Source: Diadema antillarum (lineage: Eukaryota). From it: a stretch of 64,000 bases of DNA. The notes under the pieces were generated by a model. That model did no database searches. It was given only the letters and a program-made list of their open reading frames with translations, and had not been told where the DNA came from. Location: assembly GCF_040938485.1 (NCBI RefSeq), contig NW_027271164.1:2080064-2144063 (forward strand), in the 5' to 3' direction. Shown here in pieces: positions 51,471 through 64,000 of this stretch. Position numbers and translations under genes: made by a program. Every line of letters starts with the position of its first letter. Position 1 is the stretch's first letter.

Positions 51471-52101
51471 CGGTTATTATAAGAAATGCGTCCTCCTCCA
51501 CGTTACAGATGAAGATATTTGCCTCTTTAGAAGAACGTGTACTGAAGAATGTTTTGTAACTTGGCCTATTGAATTCAAGCTTTGTTTGATGCTGAACCCA
51601 ATTTCCCCCAGTCAATATGGTATAATGTATAATGTCTTGGTAAGCACACCTTGTGTAACATTTTGTGAATAATAATGTTATGAAAAAGACGATTCACCCC
51701 TTCTTTTTTTATGTTTGAAGGTCAGTATAATGTGATTCTTTGTGGCTGAATCTTGCCGACAGAGATTGCTAGATTGGAGTCAATAAAATCCTAGGAACTA
51801 GATCTCAAAATATCCAGAAATCTTGTGGCATCAAGTTATGGGATAATGCATATATATGAAGAGTTTGTTTGCAAAAACCGATAAGTCCATATTTGCCAAA
51901 TGGAGATATTTGCAATTAAAGGTCGAGAAAAATAAAGAGAATAATAAGAAAACTTTTGCTTCTTTTGACCATAACTTCAGAAATGTACCTTTATATGTAG
52001 TTACCAATATATTATTTACGAGGTATTATTTTGTACTTTATGACAGAGACCGTCCTTCAAAATCTTCAAAAATGGACTTATCGGTTTTTGCGAACAAACT
52101 C

Positions 52102-52143
<42 letters not shown>

Positions 52144-53778
52144 GTTATCTTGGAACTTTCCACGTGTTGGACTTCGAATGTTGTAATTATTAGAAGGAAG
52201 AGTCTCAAGTACGCTATGGATCCAACGATTGCAAAATTTTTTGTTACAAAATTTTCGGTCTGCCTCAGACCTTCGTCAGTGCAAAGACAATGATGGACAA
52301 TGTTTATCATTAAGTCTCTCGACTTCGTCTCGGGACTTATAACCTTCCTCAATAGCATTTCAAACCCTTCGGGTGGAACATTCGGTATATTCCCTCCCCC
52401 GCCAGTCATCATCTATTATACTGTTTTTATCACCACACGGTCGAAAGAGATATATACTTCATCTGCATTGACTGGTAAAGCAAACCACTCTCTGTGCAAC
52501 GTTCAGTTCTATGTATCATCATATGAGACGGTGATGGGTTTGGTATATAATATCCTGCATTTCATTGTTTCAGTCTTAAAGAATTAATACAATTATTAAT
52601 TCTATGACATAATGGGGAAATATGTTATATAAAAAAGTTTAATTCAATGGGTTTATTAAGGTTCATATATCTTAGTTTTGTCTCTTTAAGGTGAAACGTT
52701 TGGTACGTTTTAACCATTCTTTCGACTAAATGATTTAAGCAAACTTATGATACTTACACACTACAATGCAAATTGGACATACTATGTTGGATTACACACT
52801 GAAGAATGACGCGACAAAAAAAAATGAAATAAAACAGAACTCTCAAAGAGAAAACTGATAGATGACAAGCAAGCGGAATGTATGTGCAAATGTCGTGGAG
52901 CAAACAATTCAGACTGTTTATATTGACAATTCCTTTGGAATATCACCGTTGTAGAAAGATATGTCCTTTAGGATACTCCTGGTCAGATTTAGATTGTTCG
53001 TCAGTCATTTGACATGTCGATCATTTTTCCACTAGTCCTACAATACTTCACGGCAGAATTCGCTTACTCAGGTCTTCGCTTAAGATTTTAATCTAAGAAA
53101 ACTGCTGTTGTACTTTTATTTACAAGTAAAACCAGAATGACCACATGACTGCCACGTATCCAATGGTATCCGTGTTGTTGGTATCAGAAGGGCTCACATT
53201 TGATTCTTTAAAGACAACTTTTGAAAACTCAAAAAGAATTTGAATAACGATCAAGAATTAAAACAACTTTGTCAATCAGATGACGGGCACTGTCAGAGAT
53301 AATTATGATCAATGTAGACCTATTCAGACGCTAGCTTAAACATAACAAGTACATGATAAGCCAAAGCATGCCCCTTAATTCAAATTCTGCATTATATGAA
53401 ATCATATAAAAAAATGTAAAACTATTAGAAAAGATAACAAATGAGGCAAAGAGGTCATGTGATCGAAGGAAGGTCTCGTGTTCGAACGGTGAAGATTTGT
53501 AATCAACTTTAGATCTTAGATTGCATTTTATATTATTATAACGGGGAGTTCATGTAACTTTTCATTGCTGATTGATAACAATATTTTAATATCTTTTATG
53601 ATTATTTCAGACACCATGATCTACACACTATGTGCTTCAAGTCATTCTGTTTTGCAATTTCCAGGCAATATTAAACTGACTCGGGTACTGTGTTGTCAAA
53701 CTAGCTCCAATTCAAATAAAGACATGTAGATGTAAATCGACTCAGTGCATTCAAGGTAGCTTATACGATCAAGCCAGA

Positions 53779-53894
53779 TTAACTGCAGGTAGGTTCATTC
53801 TTGTATTCCTCGAACGCCTGCTGCCATGCTGTCATCTCAGTCTTCCAGTCATCATAACTTTCCCGCCATTCCTTCTCAATGTCACTAATGTCGT
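53779..53894 (-). CDS. CESL-4 exon 10 (terminal)
   Basis: Peptide DDISDIEKEWRESYDDWKTEMTAWQQAFEEYKNEPTCS followed by a stop. Confidence 0.75.
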
Positions 53895-54270
53895 CTGGAA
53901 AGAGAGTGAGACAGAATGAAGAATCGTTGTAATTATCACAATTAGCGCTCTTTCTTTTTAGAGTTCAAACTTACATACTGCTCGTCAGGCCGTGCAGACC
54001 ATTGGCAAATCTCAAAAACGTTTTGAAGTTGCTTTTCTGCCGAGGAATTTCTTATAAATCTCATATTTTAGTGAAGTTCTGTGATTGATGACATCTATAC
54101 CCAATTTCATAAAAAAACGAAGATGGCACATTCACACTCTTTACCTTGGAAGAAGATATGGCGTTGAAAAAAAAAAATTAAAAAGCCGAAGACAAATTAT
54201 AAGGTTAATTGCTGAGCGATTTATATCAAACATAAAGTATAACGAAGTGATTATGCTCTCGAAAAAATAC

Positions 54271-54452
54271 CTGTAAAAGCAACGAGGGATGGGAAGTACT
54301 GGTTCCAGAAATGGCACTGCCTGGCTCTGACAGCCCTCCCTGTTGGCAATCCTATGGCTATCTCCTTGTATGTGAGTTCAGGGATCGTGTACTCTGGCCA
54401 GGTGTACTGTCCTTCCCACGGGTCTGAATCCATGCTCGGCTTACTGGGATTT
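54271..54452 (-). CDS. CESL-4 exon 9
   Basis: Peptide NPSKPSMDSDPWEGQYTWPEYTIPELTYKEIAIGLPTGRAVRARQCHFWNQYFPSLVAFT. Donor GTATTT. Confidence 0.75.
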
Positions 54453-54722
54453 CTACGATATACATATAATAGTTGCAATCCATTAATGCATTCAGTTTTT
54501 TTTTTCAAATGCCTTCCTCACACTGTCACATGCAAAATGGAATCAGTGTTTTTAAAGGCACTCAGAATTAAAATGAAGAAAGGAATTTTGTCTTCAGTAA
54601 AATACAAAGAAGAATATTATCTATCCAGAGCACAGAACAATATCATATAAGATAAGAGGTATTTGTAGCTTTTTAAATATTAACAAACTATTTCATTATA
54701 GTAAATCAAATGACTGGCTTAC

Positions 54723-54917
54723 CCGGTCTTGGCAAAGTTGGTCCAGAATTGCATCATTATAACGGAGAGGGCGTTCTCCTCGTCGGTCATGTTGTGTCCT
54801 TTGACGTGGTAGAGCTCATCAATGAAAGGGACGCCAAACACAAAAGTCATTTCTTCTCCATGTGCTGCGCCAAGCCAAGGAGTGTTGGGAGCAATTCCTT
54901 CGTATTCATAGAAGCTC
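54723..54917 (-). CDS. CESL-4 exon 8
   Basis: Peptide SFYEYEGIAPNTPWLGAAHGEEMTFVFGVPFIDELYHVKGHNMTDEENALSVIMMQFWTNFAKTG. Donor GTAAGC. Confidence 0.8.
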
Positions 54918-55460
54918 CTTGAAAAAAAAAAACAAAAACATAAACAATATTACGCTGTTCTTATCAACACAAAACAACTGATAAGAAAGAATACTTAAAT
55001 GAGTTTGGAAAGCCTCTAACTGAATAAAAATTGAAATATTGTGTAGTTGAATTCACTCAACATACCAATATCCTCAACTGTCTCTCTAAAAGTGTCTAAA
55101 GTAAAAACAACAAACAAACGGACAGACAAACATCGACATTAATTGTTGTCCACTTAAGGATTAGGTTGCATCTGTTTTGGGTTTGAGAATGGCAGGCAAT
55201 TTTATTTTGTAAATTATGTATTGATGTGTCGCCAATAACAAATAACGCGTGTGTTAAACCAAGGTGTGAGACTTTCCAGGCTTGACAGACCAAGTCGCAC
55301 GGAAGCATATAATTTTATGAAATAATAGCAATTATTACAAACTACATGATTAGGTTCTGTGAGAGAAATGCTTCCAATTATGGGCATGAGGTAAGCCTAC
55401 TTATGTTGCTGTGTGACTATAATAATGACCGATCACAGAAGGTATGTCGAGCTACTTAGG

Positions 55461-55640
55461 TAGGTGATAGAGTAGTTTGCAGGCACAAACCCTTGTTGGT
55501 CGTAAAGGAGTCTGCGCCAAGACTACTACATGCACCACTTTGGCACTGTCCCATAGGCCCTGTGTTGAAGCTTCTCCCATCATATTAGTCTTGGCGCATG
55601 CAGACTCCTATACGACCAACAAGGGTTTGTGCCTGCAAAC
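55461..55640. mobile_element. Solo 180-bp hairpin MITE of the same family as the sub-palindromes in the 47-51 kb complex
   Basis: agtttgcaggcacaaacccttgttggtcgtaaaggagtctgcgccaagactactacatgcaccac ... is a perfect reverse complement of ... ggcgcatgcagactcctatacgaccaacaagggtttgtgcctgcaaact. Confidence 0.7.
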
Positions 55641-56289
55641 TAGTGATAGAGCGTGTGTGTGTGTGTGGGGGGGGGGGGGGGTCCTCCCAGGCCTTTTCGC
55701 CATAAAAACTCCAAAAGGGCATATTTTTGGTGTACATATTCTTTTTAGTGTTCCTCACAAATGTAAGTGAAACATTGTGCAATCAAAATATTTTCTAAAG
55801 TATTCTGTTGTTTCTTTAATTTCTGACGTATTTCCTTGTCTGTCGACTTTTTGTTTTTCATCGTTTTTCGATGATCTTTGTCGGTGACACTGCTGCGAGG
55901 GTGAAAATATGTCACTGACTGAATATCGACAAAAAAGAAAAACAAAAGGAAAAATAAACATTTACAAATGAAATTTTGCAGAATGTTAATTTACATCGAA
56001 GTTGTACATGGATTCACGTTTTTGAGCAAGTTAGGTCTGACATGTATGTAGAGCCTACATAATATCGTTACGCGTAATTTCAAAACCGCTCGCCCAGGCG
56101 GCGCAAATTTGATCTCAAAAGGTGCGAGAGACTGGAAAGTAAAAGAGTAGTGAAACATCGCGAAGATAGTTGTTTCTTTCTTCTTTTTTTTCGATGGTGA
56201 CATGTCGCGTGAAATGTCGAAGGGGGCTCCCAGCAACCCCCCCCCCCCTCGATTTAGTAAAGGTTAAGGGGACGGCTGGTAATCCATAC

Positions 56290-56735
56290 TTAGTAGGTAC
56301 GTGGGTCATGAAGTACTGATAGACGGGCCCGCCGTGTGCTGCATGTGCTCTAGTGACATAATCAGTAGGACAAACGAACAGCAAATCTCCTAAGAAATCC
56401 ACCACCAAGTCAAAGTAATCCGCAGTAATGTTGTCTGCAATACTCCAGTCGGTATACTCCTGGTCTACAGAGTCGTATATGATGGCATCATCCAGACCGT
56501 TGTAGAAAGCCAGCTGGAATTGAATCGCTGCAAGGTAGGCAGCTCGGTCGTAAGGGGGCGGTGTTTCGCTACCCCAGTAGGCGGGAAAAGTTCCGTATAG
56601 TAAGAAAGTCCCCTCATCCTCGTTGAAGCCGGCAATGATTGGTACATGGGCAAAGTCCCCTTTGCTGTAGAGGTTTTTTGGTGTATCTTCGAGAAACGTA
56701 CCGTCCAGAGTCACTTGATACCCTCCAATATATAC
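56290..56735 (-). CDS. CESL-4 exon 7
   Basis: Peptide VYIGGYQVTLDGTFLEDTPKNLYSKGDFAHVPIIAGFNEDEGTFLLY...VCPTDYVTRAHAAHGGPVYQYFMTHVPT. Donor GTATGG. Confidence 0.8.
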
Positions 56736-57555
56736 CTGAGCATTGTGGTGGCGGAAGAGGGTACTATTTACATAAAAAACAAATGATGTGTGAGCAACTT
56801 GTTTGACAAAGCATAATCTCATATAGCCTATAAGGTGATACACGAAGTATTGGCAGCTGATAGTTTGCGCATGTCACAATCTTTAACAGTAATTATTTTA
56901 ATGGTTTGGGGTTCTTGTTCGTAGTTACTGAAAACAGAACAGACAACATCATGTGTTGGTGTGTACACCACTAATCTATCTACGAATCCTGCACGCACGC
57001 CCGCATACACACGCACACATCGACTTTTCTTATTTGGTATTTATTGCCTACAGAGGCTTGGAAATTGAGCAAATCTGGAACCTATCTCCAGAAATAAGCA
57101 TGAATTTAGTAACAATTATTTATGGTATGAAGCCAACTCCAAACAATTTACAGCACATTTTAGCTATTACCGGCCGTGTCAATTTTATTCACATTATGTT
57201 TTTAAACATCTTGTGATAATTCTTAAAGATGTTATAAGAATGGATATTGCAGTAAATTCTAGTAAATTATGAATTGAAAGACGGAATCAATGCCCTTGTC
57301 AATCCAGCAGAAACATCTTTTTAATTTCTTTTATAGTAGAGGTCATGACATCATCGCCTCATCTAGTGTGATCTGCCATCTCATAATATTTCATGAGAAA
57401 ATGTGAAATTTGATACTTTTACTACTCTTCTTCTGAGTTTACCCTATCCATGAACGCGTCCATGAAAATCCATCAACTGGTGGACTGATTTTTTCTTTAG
57501 ATGGAGAGTACTAGGGTACTACAAATGGTGCACCGCGTTGCCATGGCAGCCATAC

Positions 57556-57720
57556 CTTCTCGGCGGTCTCTCGTAGTTTGTTGGCATCCTTCTCTCTGAG
57601 ACATTCCACCAGAGCCTCAGAACTCGACGTGCTGCAATTCATGGCCACGCCCACAGCTCTCGACTGCTCAAGCTCCCTATCTAGATCGTTGAAAGCCCAG
57701 TCAGCCACTGCCGTCCCACT
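57556..57720 (-). CDS. CESL-4 exon 6
   Basis: Peptide SGTAVADWAFNDLDRELEQSRAVGVAMNCSTSSSEALVECLREKDANKLRETAEK. Donor GTATGG. Confidence 0.75.
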
Positions 57721-57929
57721 CTGCATCAGTATTAACATAAAAAAGGAAATGAAATAGGTCACTGGAATGTATCCGCAGAAAACATACACAGAAAACAGCA
57801 GATGCAGAAGTAAAAGCATTGAAACACTGGAACACCTTTTACTGGAAAGTCATCATGTATGTAGTTTTGGGGAAGAATATCTAAAATGATGACACACGAA
57901 ATTTGATGTCAGCCTTTAGTCGAAGGACG

Positions 57930-60600
57930 AATGACTGTCGGGCTTCCACTGCCAAGAAAGCGGTATGCCACAATGATCAGCGCCTACACACCCACGATGA
58001 CCAGCCCTGATGATGTCAAGGAAAGGTTCAATGAGAACCTGCAAGCAACCATTCCCACTGTGTCCAGATTAGATAAACTCATCACCCTTGGTGACTTCAA
58101 AGCTAGGGTCAGCACCGACTATGCATCATGGAAAGGAGTCCCAGGGAAGATGGTCTGGGCAAATGCAATAGATGGCTTATTGCTACTGGAAACCTGCGCC
58201 TTCACCGAGCAGACCTCAACGACCCGACATCAGCGTCCAAGAAAGCTGCTTTTTTTTTCAACATCAGAAGAAGCGTACAGCTGGAACTACGGCAAATGCA
58301 GAATGCACGGCTGAGCGATAAAGCTGTTAAGATCCAGTCTTATCCTAATGGCAACGACATGGAAAACTGCTACAGAGAATACCGGATCACTTCAAACAAA
58401 ATTTGAAGATCTAGTTAAGTATTTTTATATCCCTTTATATGCACTGGACTTGTACTGCCACTGCCTGGTAATTTGTATATAAATTATATGTTATCTCCTA
58501 TGGCGACCAAGGATGACATCTCATAGCGCTTTTTATAGTGAAAAAGGCGCTCTTAAAATATCAACTATTATTAGAGCGCTCAAGATTTGTATTTGGACCA
58601 ACTTCGTTGGGACTGTCTCCCCCAGTGCAGATGGAAACTACTGATCACAGATCAGAAAAAGGTTCTTGAACGCTGGGCAGAACAGTTCAGAAATGTCCTC
58701 AATGGTCGATCCAGCTGCCATCAGCGAGGAAGCGATCACAAGGCTGCTCCAGGTTCCAACCAATCACTCACTTGCCAATATCGCCACAGAAGCTGTCGTG
58801 CGATGGAAGAAGCAGTAAAACACATATCTTGTGAAAAAGCACCCGGCGCTGACTCCATCCCTGCAAAAATCTGCGCCTCTGGTCGCCAAACCCTCACCAG
58901 AAAGCTCACTGAGCTATTCCAATCTGTATGGAACCAAGAGAAAATCCCGCAGAAACCCTTTGGATGCTTCTATCGTCCATTTGTACATGAGCGCAAAGGA
59001 AATCGACAAGCGTGCGACAACCACCACGGCATCTCGTTGCTATTTGTTATCGAAAAGATCTTTTGCCAGAATCTTGTTGAACCGCCTGATCGACCACTTA
59101 GAGGAAGGCTGACTACCTGAACGTCAACGCGGGTTCAGACAGGGTCGCAGTACAGTGGTTATGATTTTCGCAGTACGTCAACTCCAAGAGAAATGCCAGG
59201 AGCAGAGCTAGTGTCGGTATCTACACCACCTTCGTAGACCTGACTAAGGCTTTTGACACCGTATGCCGAGAAGGACTCCGGATGATCATGCCCAAGTTTG
59301 GCTGCCCTGCAACGCTCATCTCACTGGTCAGACAGTTCCATGACTGCATCCGAGCTAACGTGCAGGATGGTGATGAACGCTCAGAGCCCTTCCCTGTCAT
59401 AAACGGCGTGAAACAAGGCTGCGTCCTCGCCCCTACCCTCTTTAGTATGGTGTTCGCTCATCTATGCAGACAGATGCATTTCGTGAGGGTGGCATCGGAG
59501 TGGACTGCAAATTTAGAACTGATGGAAATCTGTTCAACGTACGGAGACTGCAGACAAAATCAAAACTCCAGGGGGGTATCGCCCGTGACTTTCTTTTTGC
59601 TGATGACTGTGCCCTGTATGGCAGAACCCAGTCTGACATGCAGGAAAGCATTGACCAATTCGCCAATGCCTGTGACGACTTCGGTCTGACGATAAGCATA
59701 AAGAAGACTTTAGTGATGCATCAGCCCAGGGAAGTGGGAAGAGAGTTTCCCACCTCCCTGATCAGCCAGCTCCTGCAATAATTCACTATACACAAAGCCA
59801 ACCATCACGGTCAACGGCGAGAAGTTGAAAGTGGCAGAAAAATTTGTTTACCTATCTAAAGTAGCACACTGTCACGAAATATCTACATTGAAGAAGTCGC
59901 GAAGTTTCCCGCAGAATTGCCAGGGCCTGCTCGGCTGTCAGCAGACTCAGAGACAGGGTGTAGGAGAGAAGAGGAAAATCTTCAAAACAAAGTAAAGCTG
60001 TGCCGCGCAGTCGTCATACCCTCTCTACTGTACACCTGCCAAACATGGACAGTGTACAGCCGGCATGCCAGGCAGGTGAACTCCTTCCACATGAGATGCC
60101 TCCGAAATCTGCTACACGTAAAATGGCAAGGGAAGGTGCCAGACACCGAAATACTTCAGGGAGACCAGATGGAGAGTTTTGATGCGATGCTCAAGCGCTC
60201 CCAACTCAGATGGGCCGGGCATGTACTTCGAATGGCCGACGAACATTTGCCAAAGTGACTGCTCTACGGTGAACTAATGGAAGGCAAGCGCTCTCAAGGA
60301 GGTCAGAAGATTGAAGCGCTACAAGGACACACTATATAAAAGCTTGGATGAAATGCTGCAGCGTCAATCGTGACACATGGGAAGTAACGGCACAAGACCG
60401 ATCTTCCTGGCGATCCGTGGTCAGCTCTGGTTTATAAGGCTACGAAGTGAAACGTGTGGACGAGCAGGAACAACTACGGCAGCAACGAAAAATAGCAGAG
60501 CAACCTCTCAGCCTGGCCTACCTTCGGCATTTCCATGTACACACAAACACACTGCACCAGATTTTTCAGAACGAGGATCGGACTGATTAGCCATCTTCGC
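57930..60600 (+). mobile_element. Decayed non-LTR retrotransposon carrying an APE endonuclease C-terminal part, an RT and a C-terminal domain. It is broken by frameshifts and stops and lies antisense in CESL-4 intron 5.
   Basis: Track ORFs show LITLGDFKARV (APE), GVKQGCVLAPTLFSMVF, FLFADDCALY and GLTISIKKTLVMHQ (RT), and MRCLRNLLHVKWQGKVPDTEILQ...RWAGHVLRMADEHLPK (C-terminal domain). These lie in different frames. Confidence 0.7.
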
Positions 60601-61620
60601 ACCCACGGTACGTAGTGTTACTGGAAGTTATGGTCGTGTTCACATGCGAAGGACGAACATCATCATCAAATTATTGAATTGCCATTGCAAAACAGTCATT
60701 GTATACATGCAGGTCACTTGGAATTCTTTCCACCTTTTATGGTTGTGTTGTTTTATTGGTGAAGTTGGAAAAGATAAATAAAGCATAGAAGTTAATTGCA
60801 ATCCAGAAGAGAAAAATGGGTAAGCTGGAAAGTAAATGGAAGGACATATCTAATGAAGAGCACTCTTAATATGGCTGCATTATCTATATTGAGTTTGTCT
60901 TATGTTGAGAAACATGGTGTGGAGAATTTGGAGATTTTTTTTTTTTCAGATCCGTATGTAACAATTAAGAAGCAGAGAACACCAACTACCTTGATTGTAT
61001 CAAGTTATGTATTTTTTAATGTGATTTGTATGTGTTTTTATCTTTTATATGCAATTGGAAAATGAAACCAAATCAAAGAGAGAGGGAGAAAATAAAAGGA
61101 CGATTAAGCAATGTGAACAAGGAGAACTGAAACAACGGGCATGATAATAAACCGAGTCAAATTACTCATATCACGGAACACCCTACAAACATTGCAAAAA
61201 CCCATTTGCAGGTTAATTAGTTTGTTCTTGTGAATGAAGCATGCATGTACACCATGTACACGTGCAAATATTTACATTGGCAAGTACAACGACAAAAGAT
61301 ATTGTGGATCGTGATTTGTGAGAGCATTGCCCTAACAGAGAGTATAGTTTATTGATTATGAAATTGAGAAATCATGTCATGGTACTTGCACTTGAACACC
61401 GCGGAAATTCTCTGACTGGTAAATTCGCAGACCTGTACAACAAAGTGTAAGTGTAAGTGTCTTGGTGCGGTATATTTGAAATTGTTTGTCACATTAATTT
61501 TCTCCGCTCAAATAAACTGATAATATAACAACAATATAACTTGATAAATAATGATGAATCAACAGGTAATTATATTTCTTTTCTGTCACATTGATTACAG
61601 TTTTGTTAAAGAAAGTTTCA

Positions 61621-61785
<165 letters not shown>

Positions 61786-61931
61786 TCATAATAAAATAAA
61801 AAATACAAATTTAAGAAAATAAAAAATGGATGGATGATGTATTCAAATATAGGCGGGTGAGTACTACTAGCAATGGGTAGGTCCTTTAAGGGTTAACTGG
61901 CTGACTTTATAAAGAGGAAGGAAAAAGAAAG

Positions 61932-62025
<94 letters not shown>
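61932..62025. repeat. (TA)n followed by (GA)n microsatellite, in CESL-4 intron 4
   Basis: Direct reading. Confidence 0.9.
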
Positions 62026-62026
<1 letters not shown>

Positions 62027-62448
62027 AAGGACATTTATCAAAAACATGAGATTCATGCCAGTATTCGAAATGGTTAAATCAGAAAGATTTGATAATCTGA
62101 CTTAAATATGAAATATGACTGCAGTATTAATGAAGTACTGTGATTTGAACAAACATACACACACACACACATATACATATATCATAATTATTATTTAAAG
62201 CATTGTGTTCATGTACATATATCTGTCTGTCTTACAGTCTTATGGAAATAAGTAGACCCATATTCCTTTTAATTGTTACCGATATCATCTGAGATATTTC
62301 CACTGAATCCTGCAATATCTTGCTACCCTGCTGAACTACATTTAATGTGATTATTAAAACAAATGGTTAATACATGAAATCAAGGAATAAATGCCATATC
62401 TATCCCAATATCAGATACCTACTTTGCTCTGATACCTGGGTATTTTAC

Positions 62449-62526
62449 CTTCAATGTTAGTATAGACCCACTTGAGAGCTGCCACCTGATCCAGCATACC
62501 AACATTACCAGGAGCTTCTTCATCAG
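62449..62526 (-). CDS. CESL-4 exon 4
   Basis: Peptide DEEAPGNVGMLDQVAALKWVYTNIE. Donor GTAAAA. Confidence 0.7.
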
Positions 62527-62936
62527 CTGGTGGAAGATAAGATTGAGAAGAATTATCATTTAAAGAACAGGTGTAGAAAGTAATGTCAGGAATGACTAAT
62601 CAGAACAATGTCCGTATTTCATGTCCGTATTACATGATTAAATCGCTCCGTTTTATATTCATTAGGCATCTGTTGATCATTAGCGTCATTGGGACTACTT
62701 TTTTATCTTGTTTGGAGCGGGGATATTTGCCTACATTTTCTTCATATCTTTTCTTCTTGTGAGTCGATAGTTATTTTGGATCCATCGACAGGCTGTATTG
62801 ACATGCTGTATCTTAATCTATAGCTTCTATATATTTCATTACGAATGCACTGGTCACACATGATCTAAACAGCTGTGACAAAAAAAAAAAATCTTTTTTT
62901 TTTTTTTAAATCTATATAAGTGATATAGGAACTGAC

Positions 62937-63096
62937 CTGTGGTGAAAAACGAAAAAATGTTCAGGCGGTAGTTGATAGTTACGATTATGACGTCACCAAC
63001 AGAAACCAATGGGACGCCACTATATTCCGCTGTCATCGCGGTTCCCATGGAGAAGCTGCCACCATGAATAAAGACCATGACCGCCGAACCGTTCAT
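62937..63096 (-). CDS. CESL-4 exon 3
   Basis: Peptide [53 protein letters not shown]. Donor GTCAGT. Confidence 0.7.
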
Positions 63097-63759
63097 CTTT
63101 ATCATTCAAAACAATATAATCATTCATTCAGATATTACTGTATATCTGTTGGAATTAACATTCATAGCGCTGGAATTGATATCTATCACAGATAAATTAT
63201 CATAAAATAATTTCGAAGACACTAATCCTGATGGCTGATATTCTATGCTAAAAAAGATCAATGAATTTCCTTTCCATATTATGAAACAAGATTATCATGT
63301 TTAATATGCAATCAACAAAACACATTTGTCCTAATAACTATAGACAAATAAGTGGTTAAAGGGGTTAGCATTATATTATTACATTCTGTTCTATTGGATT
63401 ATTATTATCATTATCATTATATTACAAAAGGAAACTCCGAAGCCATTCTATTTACTCTAAATTTATCCAACGAATTGTCATGTATATGCTTCTAAAAATA
63501 AAATAATGCCTGTTTCTTTTCATTTTACACTGTGTTAGAAATAATGCTGGATATTTGAACTGATCATTTTTCTGTTTTTATTGTCAGATTCAAATCAAAT
63601 TGTGCTCAATTAGTTCTTTCAATTGACACTGTATTTCATTTATCTTGTTTATGCATGAAAAAGATATTCAGAAATAAAAGCAAAATCGATCAAATCAAAC
63701 CCCATCGCTTTGCGGTAAAAAACTCTAGCGCAAAGACACTTTCCCTAGATGAATCCTAC

Positions 63760-63945
63760 CTTTGGATTAGGAGCAAACACGTTCAAATACAGACAGTCTT
63801 CTGACATCTTCTCGACAGGAGGGAAAAAGTCAAATACACCTTGCTGACAGACAGATTCAAATTCCGTAGCGTTCCTCGCTCCTTCCCATGACGTCATATT
63901 TGTGGGTGGGGCGAATCTTTCAGGAGGGGCCGCATAAGGCACCCC
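63760..63945 (-). CDS. CESL-4 exon 2
   Basis: Peptide [62 protein letters not shown]. Donor GTAGGA. Confidence 0.75.
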
Positions 63946-64000
63946 CTATATACGTTGGTAGAAATAAAACAAAAACACACAAAACACAACAAATACAATC

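Overview
This window reads as eukaryotic (metazoan invertebrate-type) genomic DNA: AT-rich, full of microsatellites, multi-exon genes with GT/AG introns, and LINE and MITE insertions. It is not prokaryotic, and I find no operon-like or defence-island organisation. The dominant content is a head-to-tail tandem array of at least five carboxylesterase type-B (cholinesterase-like) paralogs, all on the minus strand. I label them CESL-0 to CESL-4. They are recognised from the family signatures EDCLYLNV, (F/L)GIPYAxPP, WIHGGG/WIHGGS, GNxGxLDQxxAL+W, GxSAG (nucleophile elbow), NKDEG (acid residue) and GxxHxxE (His). Each encodes a secreted protein with a signal peptide and no TM domain. Three copies are complete at about 600 codons in 10 exons with conserved intron positions and phases; the two at the window edges are partial. 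One paralog, CESL-3, has substitutions that should abolish the catalytic triad. The introns and spacers carry a 5'-truncated CR1/L2-like LINE with an intact 506-aa RT ORF and (CAAA)n tail. They also carry a 3' fragment of that LINE family, a decayed APE+RT LINE, a palindromic MITE family present in four copies, and several hairpin elements. Larger structures are a 3.2-kb perfect palindrome, a 4.5-kb nested inverted-repeat complex, a 116-bp minisatellite and a 2x347-bp tandem duplication. Two recent segmental duplications are present. One copies the 5' half and promoter of CESL-0 into CESL-1. The other copies the terminal exon of CESL-2 as an orphan between CESL-0 and CESL-1. All exon coordinates were derived by hand translation and are accurate to about +/-3 nt.
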